Positions 25,172 through 37,125 of a stretch of 64,000 nt of DNA are shown here, in pieces. The stretch's first letter is position 1. Every line of letters starts with the position of its first letter. This stretch comes from the human T2T-CHM13v2.0 reference genome, Homo sapiens. The notes under the pieces were generated by a model, which was not told the DNA's origin, did no database searches, and worked only from the letters and a program-made list of their open reading frames with translations. The stretch lies in NCBI RefSeq assembly GCF_009914755.1, contig NC_060929.1. One strand, 5' to 3'. The translations under genes were made by a program, and so were the position numbers.

Positions 25172-27279
25172 CTGGTAAAAGAAAAAAAGTGAATCTGATT
25201 CAAGGTTTATAACATAGTAGTTTTGAAAGAACTCATCTTTTTAATTTGAATGTGTCTAACAGACATCCTAAAAATTGAGATTGTAATGTGCATAGGTGAC
25301 ATGTCTCATCTAATACCTCATGTAATAATTCTTGTGAGAAAATAAACAACAAAAACAAATACCAAAGCATAGTTATGACTACAATGGTACTTGTATTTTT
25401 ATTACTTGCATTTCAAATGCAAAAGCTATAGTTTCCCTTTTGCTTATGTGGCATCCTTGGCACATGGGCAGTTATCTATCCTATGTCTGTTTCCTCCACT
25501 GCTCTATCAGCTCTATGAGGGCCCAGATGTAAATTCTCAAGAAATATACATTAAATCCAATATCGCTTTTGGTCCTGGTGCTAGTATCAAAGCGGCAGAG
25601 CTACCTGGGTGGAGAAAAAAGCACTCTCTTGTTTCCTAAGAATTTTCTAGGGCACTAGCACCCTAAGAATCCAGGACACCTTCAAGTCCATGAATCTGAG
25701 TTTTAGAAAAAGAGAAGATGAATGTTACTTGACTTTTAAGTCTTTTTCCACTTTATCATGTTCTTCACCTCATTCAAACCAAAGGCAAATATTAGAGAGC
25801 TGTGTTTTCTCCAAATGTCACAACTAGTAGGTTTGCTTAGAAAAAATAAGGCATGCTTCTGAAATAAAACTAAAAACCAGAGCCCACTTGGTCCTTCCAG
25901 AAAGTGATTATGAAATTCGCTGTCAATGCTAATGGTACCAGAAGTACATCTCAAACTCCCTGATTCCACTAAAAAGCAGTGCAGGAAATTCAGAGTAAGA
26001 AGCTGCTTCATATACACCTCTCATTAAAAATAATTGTCAATTCCCTGTGTGCTCTCTGTGATACTCTTGGGTAGCTACAGGAAAGAAAAAATGAAAACAC
26101 GAGCTTTATCTACCAAAAACAGCCCAGTAGTAAGAAATTCTTCCAATGTCTAAGACCAAGAAAACTTGGGCCCAAAATATCAAGGCACTGAAAGCTAAAA
26201 CCATTATTTTGGCTCAATCTAGTGAAACAATTGTCCGCAATTTTCTATTTCATTCAGTATGGCAAAGCCCAGCCACGGGAATCTAGAGCGCTAATTTCAG
26301 GGAGCAAAAGGTTTCATTCCATCCAAGGCTGCACTCTTGTTCAAGAATAGTTTTCTTAATAAGCCTATCAGCACCACGGACAGTTCCAATTAGCATTGCT
26401 GAGATACATATTACCACTGCCCCATAGGTATCTATGCCACAATAGTGATGCAATTTAAGGGGTAGAGCGAGACATGATCAAGGTGTCCTTGTGTGTTTCT
26501 TATTGCCCTGTTCTGTGGGGGTACAGGGGGTGCAGAAAATTAAAAGTAAATGAAAAATCAAGGTCTTAGAGGTCTAATGTGATTGTAGTGGAGTCCCCTT
26601 ATTCCCTGGGTTTCACTTCTCCAAACTAAATTTAGCTGTTTGTGCATGGATAAATGCAAATGCATGCCATGCTCCCTAAGGACAAACATTATGATGTACA
26701 AGGATGTCACTATCAAGAATAAAAGACGGATACTACTTGGGATCAGGAAAAAAAAAAGAAAAGTAAGATTTCAGAGTCCATATATTGTATTCAAGAATAG
26801 CATTGGTGAGAATAGTGAAGATAAATCTCTACAGGATAAAATAGAATTGTTGTCTCTGTTAGTGTAGCCCAGCTCATATAACTTAAGGTGGCTCATCTAA
26901 CTAGCAAAACCTGGGCCTAGATGGGTATTAATGAGCTCAACAACAGACAGAAAGCCAGACTTAAGAGGACAGCCACCCCTACACCAACTCTGGCAACCAC
27001 AGGGTGGGTTATAAGTCAACTGCAAGGATCTCCCCCAAAATACCTAGAAGAATGGGAAACACATTCGGAGGATCACTGAGCTCCTGCTTAAGGTGGCTCA
27101 ATAACATTCACATGAAAGAGCATTTAAAATCTCTTTTACATAACCAAAAGACCCTAAAGGAAAGGCCATATTCCTATAAATCCATACAAGTCCCTCAAAA
27201 TCTGCTGAGGCTGGAGGGGAGGGGGGAACAATGAGATATAACTTGCTAAGGTAATGAAGTGAGTCCCCTAGAAGAATTC

Positions 27280-27700
27280 AAAATTATTTATTCCAGCAAT
27301 GTTTGAGAGAGGCTCACAGTGATTTGTATTCTCATTCAAAAATAGATATTGATTCCTCTATGGAAGGATAAATAAACATTAAAGTTACATGATTGGCATG
27401 ATGAGAATGTTTTCCCTTAATTTTGTTTTGGCAAAGGACAATGAAACCCCTTGAACAATTAATCACAATTGTTGAATCACAGCAATAAATGACAGCTCTT
27501 ATACAATCCAAGACCAAGAATGCTGTCAAATCATATATATGCAAAAGGGGAGTTGCTTTTAGATGCCAGCTTTTTGGAAAGCTGTCATGCATAATTTGGA
27601 ACATTTGAATATGAAGCATATATCTATCTATCTGTTCCATTGTTTTTTACCAAGAAAAAATAATACATAAGAAAATGGTCTCTCTTTTCCAAAGTAAATG
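27280..27700. promoter_or_regulatory. Candidate developmental enhancer (SOX/MEIS/HOX motif cluster)
   Basis: TE-free block with four ACAAT, three TGACAG/CTGTCA, CAATAAA and ATGCATAAT within ~170 bp. Conservation could not be checked here. Confidence 0.4.
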
Positions 27701-27929
27701 TATCACCAAATAAGACCTCCATTGTCTTAATGGGTAAGCTTCTCCAGATACATGTTCAATTCTCAAACCTTTGGGTTATCAGTTCACTTAGCTAGGAACT
27801 GTGGAGAAATGGTGCCACATTTTGAGGCTGTAACAAGACTTTGTACCTTACACAAGAGAATGCACCCATTTATCATTGGGATAATATTACTTCACTTTCA
27901 TCTTCATGAGCATGTTTCCTTGATGGATC

Positions 27930-28085
27930 TGGGTCTATTCACAAATACCACCTTATCTTAAGGACAATAAAGTTATCTGAGGCCAGAAAAGGTGGAGGGA
28001 CTTGCCCGGAGTCCCACAGTAACTCATCAAGAAGGAAAGATCCTTCTTTACAGACGGTTTTGTTTCCAGGGCACACTGTAGGCAC
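27930..28085 (-). mobile_element. MIR fragment
   Basis: CTGAGGCCAGAAAAGGTGGAGGGACTTGCCCGGAGTCCCACAG is the reverse MIR core. Confidence 0.65.
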
Positions 28086-28445
28086 CAGGCTGCCTGAATC
28101 AAACTAAGATAGTTTCTCTCAGAATATCGAGCATGTCTCCTAGGAGACAGGGCCCAGGCTGGCCTAACAGGGTATATGAGAAGAATAGCTGCTTCTTGGA
28201 GCCTAAATAAAGACAATTCTAAAGAGACAGCAGCCAGTCAAAGTCATAGCCCTGAGATGGCCTGGAATAATAGCAACCATTTACCATGGGAATCTGTGCT
28301 GATGTGGTCTATAGTAACAGGTTGCTTCTTGTCTCTAATACCTGCAGCACTGGGAATCTGACACACTTAGAGGATCTTCTCTTAAAATGGAATCATTCCT
28401 TCCTGTCAGCCACCAGCTTTCTTCATGGCTTAAGATTCAGAGACT

Positions 28446-28794
28446 TCCTGGGCACAGTGGCTCACACCTGTAATCCCAGCACTTTGAGAGGTCGAGGTGG
28501 GAGGATCGCTTGAGCCCAAAAGTTCTAGACCAGCCTAGGCAACATAACAAAACTCCACCTCTGCAAAAAGTAGAAATAAAAAAAAATTAGCTGGGTGTAG
28601 TGGTGCACACCTAGCTACACGGGAGGTGAAGCAGAAGGATCACTTGAGCCCAAGGATCCAAGGGTACAGTGAGCTATGATCACACCACTGCACTCCAGCT
28701 TGGGCAACAGAGTAAGACCCTATCTCTAAAATGGAGGAGGAAGAAGAAAAAAGGAGGAGAAGGAAGAAAGAAGAAAAAGCAGGAGGAGGAGGAA
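28446..28794 (+). mobile_element. AluJ with a (GGA/GAA)n purine tail
   Basis: GGAGGATCGCTTGAGCCC and GAGCTATGATCACACC. TSD AAGATTCAGAGACT (28432-45) / AAGAATTCAGAGACT (28795-809). Confidence 0.94.
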
Positions 28795-29259
28795 AAGAAT
28801 TCAGAGACTAATTTCTTTTCCCAGTCCAATTTAATAAGTGAGACTGCTCATATGAGGGTCCACAGCCTGAATCTGAGAAACTTCTGTAGCTGTCCACAGT
28901 GTTTAATTATCACCGCCCCTCAGTTGCTTCTCCTATTTCTCAGGAGATTCCTGCTCGATCCAGTGCTCACAGCTTTCCTTTGGACAGGAGGAGAAACAGG
29001 ATTCTGTATTATTACAAAACTAACATAACCAATAACTCATGTGTCATAATTCATGGAGCTGTTTGTACATACTTTTAATACTTATAAATACAATGATTTC
29101 TTCTCTCCTCTTGGCAAACTGAGAAGAAATGTGCCCTTTATAACTTCTAATTCTCTAACTATATTAAATGCTAAAGAATCTTGGTAATTCCTGATCCCAG
29201 ATTGTATATTTATATCCAACGACCCAAGGGTGTTTTTGACCCATCAGCTTAATTAGAAT

Positions 29260-29480
29260 TTTTGATGTATTTATTCAGTCAATGAACACTTACTAAACGA
29301 TATTATGTTCTGTCACAATTATCACCACTGGGAATGTATATGAAAGGAGAAAGTCTTTGTCCTCAAGGAGGTAATAATGAATGATGAAGGAAAGAACCCA
29401 TAACCAGTAAAATGATTGTCTATAGGGACTATGACAGAAGTCTGTAATGGATACCGTGGTAGACTGAAACAATAACTAGT
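29260..29480 (-). mobile_element. L2 3' fragment
   Basis: TTTATTCAGTCAATGAACACTTACTAA...GTCTTTGTCCTCAAGGAG. Confidence 0.55.
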
Positions 29481-32365
29481 CACCTAGAACCAATGGGAAA
29501 TTTATATAAATTTTATCTATGAAACTATAATCATGATACCAAACAGACTACTTCAATACAAGATAGCTTGACACCTACAGAAGAAATTCATTGTTAATAC
29601 ACACTACCAACTACTATACCTCTGCTAGTGGGTATATTAACCTTTGTTTCAAGAAACTATTCAGTAAATCTGAAGTAAGTCTGCAAGTTGTTTGGCCAAC
29701 TCATGTTTTCCAATAGTTATCCTACTTAATGGTCTGGGGCTCTCAGTTTAGCTTGATATTCAGTAGAGAATAAATTGAAATTTGAAAGCAACTCATCAGA
29801 TAGATAAATCACTAGCTAAGATGAGGCTTCACTATCAAGAAGAAGGAGTTTCACATATGGCTGGTTTTGAGCAGAAACCCACACATACACAGATACCTGC
29901 AGAGGTCCTTATAAATTTTTCAGAGGAAGATCAAAGAGAAAATAGACACGAATGGGTTGGATCAGAATGATATAAAGTGGAAGCAGTGCCAGTATGGATT
30001 AGAATTTAGATAAAGTCTATCCATGCAGGATGAGTTTGAGCAGAATACAATATTCCTAGGCTTGAGGAGACTGATGAATAATATCAGTGTGGGGCAGTGG
30101 GAGAGCATGAGCAGCTTTCAGACTCAACGTCACTTTTCGAGATTTTTGTTTTCACCATGCCAAGAATCATGGAGCCTTTCAAATCTCATACTCTGGATTG
30201 ACTATTCCTTCTAGACGAGGCTGCTACATTAGGCTGCACAAGCAGGACAGTACTTGTGCAAAGATGCCCCTGGAGGTATGCAGTGTGGCAGTCCTCTTTC
30301 AATGAGATAAGCTAATAAGGATGTGTTGGGGTTTTAAATCAGTAATTCAACTAGCCTTGTTTGAGTACCAACTATGTGCCAAATAGCGTGAAAGACATTG
30401 GAGATGCAAAGATTAAAAAGCACTGAGCCTACCTTCACAGAATTACTACATTCCTTTTATTTCAACAAGAACATATTGGCTTGTCTAATCATCCCAGAGG
30501 GGAAAAAAGGGGAATTTGTTCCTCGAACAAGGTAACTCTCCTTCAGTTTTAAACAAAGTGGGAGCTGCATATGGGGGATAAACCAAAGGATACAAAATGA
30601 GAAAACCCACAGAAATGACTCAATTCTGTTTTGTGGTTATTAAAAATAAAGAAAACAGTGGCAGCCAGTGCACTGCTAGGAAATACAAGCAGGGACTTAA
30701 AGGAATGTTGAGGTGTCTTTTAAAGAGAGGTGGTTTCTTTATGGACGACAACATCATCATTCCAGTAAGCTCTCGTTCTAGGTTAGGCTGGACTCTTCTT
30801 GGTAAGTCAGAAAAGCACATTTCAGAAGGAACAGGCTATGGGAGAGACGACCTGGTGAAGAACCCACATAAATAGACACCAGTGTCACTTTCTTGTGACA
30901 TATGTTTAAGACATAGGACTGGCCAGCAAATGCTCCTGAAGACATCACAAGCTTTGCTCATCATTTCCAAACCTGGGTCCATAATCAGGTTCTCTTGACC
31001 AGCTAGGAAGGGTCTTAGAAACAAAACAAAACAAAAGAAAAAGCCAAGAGTTGACACTATTTTCTAAATTTTCTACAATAAACATATGTTACTATTGTTT
31101 TTGTAATAAGAGAAACAAATTTTTAAAATACAGAAAGTATTAAATACTGCCTGGGGCAACATCTTTAGCCGCTAGATGCCTTAACTTTGCAAAATAATTC
31201 ACTCTTCCTGAGAAAGTCAGTGAATCTTGACCTTCACTCAAGCTTTTATGGTAAGATATGGTAAAAACTCATGTGCTACTAAATTTAAGAAACATTACTG
31301 TTCAATTATCCCATTTTGCTCCAACGAAATTTCTCCTAGAGTAAGGGTTCCATTTCTTGTTTGTTCGTTTTTTTTAGCTTTTACCAATAAAGGCAAGAAA
31401 ACATCTAACATTCTTGGGTGTATCACATTGTCCCTTTGAGAAAACACATGTGCTCTGTGGGCAAAAGGGAAGCACTTGAGCATCAAATGACAATACACAG
31501 ATTAGACCCTCAGCTAAAATAAAATACTATAGAAATACTCATGTCAAAATAAATACTAGAAGCAACTGTTCTGGGGTGGTTTTATCATCTTCTAAGCCCA
31601 TAAAGATGGGCCACCAATTTGGATGTGCTAAGTTGGAATGATTTTACCAACAGGGAAACAGAGAATATACACAAGAAGGAAAGTCTGTCTGTATCTTACC
31701 ATTTCCCAGTGAAGGTGCACACACAATTCCATGTGGTCAGGTGGTCCAGTGAGTGAGGCTGGCAGCCCAAGTCCAATGCCCTATATCGAGTGAGTGTGTT
31801 GGTGACTACATGTTGAACCAGACAGGGCCTGCTCTTGCTCAAACTGAGTGGGTGAGGATGTACGTGTCGTGTAGTCTTCTGCGAGCTAAAAACAAGACCT
31901 ATTATTGAATTCAAGAGCAGGGGAAGCATCCTCAAGTCTGAGACAAAGAACATTTATCAAATCAATGCCAGAAGCAACAAAGCAGTCCCTGTGACCAGGT
32001 CCACCTATCTCCAGAGCTGACCTTCCTCCTCAAACAAAAATAGGCAACTCCCAACTCCAAGCCTTAGGGGAACTTTCCCATCAATGAAGAGGTGGTTCCA
32101 AGAGCAGAATGTCCTTGCCTTCTACAAACAGAGAGAGGCTAATGAAAGGCTTTTTTTTTTTTTTTTAATTCATTGCTCACAGCTGGAGTTGCGGGGAATT
32201 ATTTCAGCCAGGGACTTCTTTTGGAAACTATCTGAAGAGCTGACCGGAACACCAAGAAATTTAAGCAATGCTACTCCATCTTTCCGGACTATTTCATGGG
32301 GAATATACTCCCACCCTGACCTGAAGGAGGTGCGTTTGGTTTCCAGCTTGTTCACAGATTCTCAC

Positions 32366-32433
32366 CATCTCTGAGGCTTTTCTCGACACCATCAATAAAC
32401 CAAGTGCCCTGCGCTCCAGGAGCTGACGGTACA
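32366..32433 (-). other. Candidate 68-nt exon of a minus-strand host transcript
   Basis: CTCAC branch-like site, TTATTTTACCTTTTTATCTCCTCCAG acceptor and ATG|GTGAGA donor; locally CpG-retaining; two open frames. Confidence 0.45.
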
Positions 32434-32489
32434 CTGGAGGAGATAAAAAGGTAAAATAACTACATGGTGAGGCCATTACAGACAAAGAC

Positions 32490-32930
32490 TGTAAGCACTA
32501 GAGCCATTCAGAGGTATATGAAAGATACTCATGAATTAAAGCAACTGGGGAAGGCTGCCCAGAGGGGCAGGTTTGGAACTGGAAATTGAAGGTGTTCCTG
32601 GAGTGCTAGGATAATGGAAAAGGTATGCTAGGAGAAGGGGCTTGGCATGTACAGATGCAGACAGGATAGTGGCATTTACACATTGTGGGTAAACATGTAC
32701 AGTATGGGAAAGAATCTGTGTAGGAGAAGTATGAGCGAGAAGGATGGGGCAGTAAGTAGGACTAAATGGTAAAGGGCCTTGAAATCCAAGCTAAGAGGTG
32801 TGGATTCAATTCACTGAATTGAATTAGTTTTTAAAGCATCTGAGCAGGTACATTTAAGGAAAATATGACAAATATGAATCAGGCAGTGGGATGGTCAGAG
32901 TGGTGTAGGCCTGTGCTGGAGAATGAGCAA
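32490..32930 (-). mobile_element. L2 fragment
   Basis: GGGAAGGCTGCCCAGAGG...TTTGGAACTGG...AAGGGCCTTGAAATCCAAGCTAAGAGG matches reverse L2. Confidence 0.7.
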
Positions 32931-33399
32931 TGGCTCAAGAAGTCTGGGAGATCTGGCTTCTACATCTGCAAGGTGAGGAGTCTACTGACCAGGACTCCTC
33001 TGAAAATCTCCGCCCCTGTATGCTTAACAATCTTCACTGCAGGGGAGTAAGCCCTTAGGATATGACGCCTCCAGGGAGACTCTTCCAGGTCAAGGTACGG
33101 GATAAGGACCAGCCTGTTTAATGCACTTAGGGAACACAGAAGAGCCAAGGAGTAAAGCTCAGCAGCCGCTCCCTGCCCTCCTCCTCTGCCCCAACCCTAC
33201 AGGAGACATTGAAGTAAGCTGGTCCAGCAGCCAGCAGATGCAGGCCAGGCTCCAGGATGAATATTGGACAGACAGAGAGGACAATGGTGACTGTCTCTAG
33301 CAGAGAGGCAAGTAACATGAAGTTGCAAAGACTCTCCAAGCAAATTCACTCTGAGTTTCTACTTGTTAAACTTGATGAGTAGAGAAGGTGATCTCTAAC

Positions 33400-33905
33400 A
33401 TCAAATAGAATCCAATTCCTTACACTGATCTACATGGCCCTGTATGATCTACAAAGCTCTACATATCAATTCTACCACACTGCTGCCCATTGAATGCACT
33501 CCACACAACCTTCTTTTATTCCTCAAACACACCATATTCATTCCCACCTCTGGGCCTCTGCGTTGCTGCTCCCTCAACCAGAATGCCTCTTCCCAGATCT
33601 TAAACCAGCTGCCTCCACTCAACTTTCTACAAGGCCTTCCTGGCTGCTCTTATTTAACTTTTGTGCCCCCAAGGAGGCATATCACATGTATCACATCTCC
33701 CTGTCAGGTCTTCCTCTCTGGACGTAGCTCTATCAGAAATTCTAATATATGTACGTGGTTGGTTTGTTGTCTGTGGCCCTATTAGAATATAAAACCCAGG
33801 AGAGCGGGGACCTCTTCCGTCTTGCTCAAGTCTGTCTCTCCAGGATCTATAAATGTGCCTGGCACATATTAGTGCTCAATACATTTTTGTTAAATAAATG
33901 GAATA
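33400..33905 (+). mobile_element. L2 (L2a-like) 3' end
   Basis: CCACCTCTGGGCCTCTGC...TAGAATATAAA...GTGCCTGGCACATATTAGTGCTCAATACATTTTTGTTAAATAAATG. Confidence 0.85.
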
Positions 33906-34544
33906 ATTAATCAGTCCGTGTCTTGGGAGATCCACGAAACTTTACCTCCCTGGGTAGAAAATCTGTTTAAGGGTATGTGATGCTCAAGCAGATCTTAAAG
34001 AGACTGCAGCTACAGAGTTTCTAGTTTCTTTTAAACCATCTGCATCCAAGACACTGGCAGCTGGGTATTGTGTATGCTCACATCAAATGGAGGAAAAACC
34101 ATGGGGAACCAGCTGAACACACAGTCAGTGAGAAAGGATACTTCCAGAAATGTCTTCATTAATGAAGCAGCTTTTGGGGGCAGCCCCTTGAAATGCTGTC
34201 AGTGTTGCTAATAAAACTCCCATAACCACGGACTTAAGGGCGGGAGAGACAAGGGTAAGATCACTGGCATTCCACTGTGATTGAAATAAGAGTCTCCTGG
34301 AAAGCTTAGGCTGCAAGTCACAGTGTGCTCCAGGGCCTGCATTTTTGTTCTGCCCGTCTCTGGGCTCTAATGAGGCTTTATGAAAAGCAGAGCTGCCTTT
34401 TAAGAAAATTTCATCCTAACCTAGAAACAGCAAAATGCAGCCAAGTCTCACTTACTGGTACTAACGAGATAGAGAGACAATAACTGAAACTCAGATAAAT
34501 CAGAAATATCTTCCAGCAACCCTCTCTATGATCTAATAATAAAA

Positions 34545-34745
34545 ACTACCCCCATTTCTGTAGCATTTGATTACTCACAAAGCACTTTCACATCCCATTA
34601 TCTCTTGTGATCCTCAAACTCCCCATGAAGCCAGTGTTAACATCACCAGATGAAGAAACTGAAGCTCAGGAAAACAAGGAGACTCATCCAGAGCCCCAGA
34701 TAAAAGGCCAAATGAGGACTCAAGCCATGACCCTCTGACTATGCT
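34545..34745 (-). mobile_element. MIR
   Basis: CAAAGCACTTTCACATCCCATTATCTC...CAGATGAAGAAACTGAAGCTCAG. Confidence 0.82.
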
Positions 34746-35174
34746 GAAGGGGTTAACGCCCAACCTGTGCCTGCACCTGCTGGCAGTTAAAGCCTTAAGC
34801 GAGAGGAAGTGGGAAGGTCCTGATGGCCCCCTGTGCTTAGCCTCTGGAGGCCACCAGGAGGCCACATCTGGGCAAACCCCACACCCTTACAGCCACTTTA
34901 TTTTCTTTTATTTTTCACTGATAGAATTTCCCATTGTTTCTAGCATGCACATTTCTCCTTGACAGCCAGGATCCAGAAAGACCCCAAAGGCAGGAACCAC
35001 ATCTGCTTTTCCTCTGGCAGCAGCCAGAGCCTGGAGCTTCCATCCATTCAGGCATTCAGCCCAAAGTTTCACTGCAGCTGGATACAGACAAGGCCATGGC
35101 TCACACTCCGAGGTGAGAAAGGTTTCCAAGGTCAGACTAATTCCTGCAAGCCACAGACACTGGGCAGCTGGATC

Positions 35175-35415
35175 GTGCACTGGCTAAGGGGCAGGTTTGT
35201 GGTCAGACTGCCAGGCTTGGAACCCCAGCTCCGCCACTTCTCATCTGTATGACCCAGGGCAAGTTACCTTGCCTGTGCGTTGTTTTCCTTATCTGAAAAA
35301 AATGAGGATTATAGTGGTATTGATGACATGGAGCTACTGTGAGTATTAAATGCAAAGCACTTAGAATGGTGTCTAGCATATTAAGCAGGGGCTTAATAAA
35401 TGTAAGCTATTGTCA
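35175..35415 (+). mobile_element. MIR, near full length
   Basis: CCCCAGCTCCGCCACTT...TGACCCAGGGCAAGTTACC...AAAGCACTTAGAATGGTG...AATAAATGTAAGCTATT. Confidence 0.88.
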
Positions 35416-36368
35416 CTAATTGCTCTTATTTCAGATATAATGCCCTTAAAAGTTTAAGAGAGTCTGCAAAGAAAGGGATGGGGAGAAACATGTCCATGTG
35501 TCAGAATGTAGCATGCTGAATAGTATCTCAGAGAGATGAACAAAGAGCCAAATACAAAACCAAAAATTCACTAGAAGGAACAGGGAGGGCTTCACTGAGA
35601 ACAGCAAGTTCATTCTAGCTTCAACAAGTGCTGATAGTTTCGGTACCATTCAGGGAGTGGAAAAGGATGAGGCTGAAGAGATGAGCAGGAGCCAAATCAT
35701 TCAGGGGCTTCATGGGCCACAGTAAAAATTTGGAATTAGTCCTGAGGACAACGAGGAGTCATCACTGAAGCATGTTAAGCAGGAATGTAATAAGATCAGA
35801 TTTAGGTTTCAGAAATATGGAGCTCAAAGCCAGGTCCATATGGAAGGTGGCTTAAAGATGATGTGCTCCACTACTGGGTATATACCCAAAAGAAAGGAAA
35901 TCAGCATTTTAAAGAGATTCTACACTCCCATGTTTGTTGCAGCACTGTTCACAATAGCCTAGATTTGGAAGCAAACTAAGTGTCCATCAACATGTGGTAC
36001 ATATACACAATGGAGTCCTATTCAGCCATACAAAAGAATGAGATTCTGTCATTTGCAACAACATGGATGGAACTGGAGATCGTTATGTTAAGTGAAATAA
36101 GCCAGGCACAGAAAACAAAGACAAACATCACATGTTCTCACTTATTTGTGGGATCTAAAAATCAAAACCATTGAACTAATGGAGATAGAGAGTCGAAAGA
36201 TAGTTGCCAGAGGCTGGCAAGGGTAGTGGGGGGGGGTTGGGAGGAGGGAGGTGGGGTGGTTACTGGGTGCAAAAAAAAATAGAATAAATAAGACCTAGTA
36301 TTTGATAGTATAGCAGGGGGACTATAGCCAATAATAAGTTAATTGTACATTTAAAAATAACTAAAAGA

Positions 36369-36657
36369 GGCCGGGCGTGGTTGCTCATGCCTGTAATCCC
36401 AGCACTTTGAGAGGCCAAGGTGGGTGGATCACAAGGTCAGGAGTTTAAGACCAGCTTGGCCAACATGGCAAAACCCCATCTCTACTAAAAATAGAAAAAT
36501 TAGCTGGACACAGTGGCGTGCACCTGTAGTCCCAGCTACTCCGGAGACTGAGGCAAGAGAATCACTTGAACTCGGGATGCAGAGGTTGGAGCAAGCCAAG
36601 ATTACACCGCTGCACTCCAGCCTGGGCAACAGAGCAAGATTCCATCTCAAAAAATAA
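36369..36657 (+). mobile_element. AluSg-like SINE
   Basis: GGATCACAAGGTCAGGAGTT (2-nt deletion form). Perfect TSD AAAAATAACTAAAAGA (36353-68 / 36658-73). Confidence 0.96.
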
Positions 36658-36717
36658 AAAAATAACTAAAAGAATGTAACTGGATTGTTTGTAACACAAA
36701 GGATAAATGCTTGAGAG

Positions 36718-37125
<408 letters not shown>

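Noticed and set aside
35980-36174. L1 ORF2 C-terminus-like peptide (also 19493-19732)
   Set aside because: Real L1 homology, but from short, 5'-truncated dead copies, not a gene.
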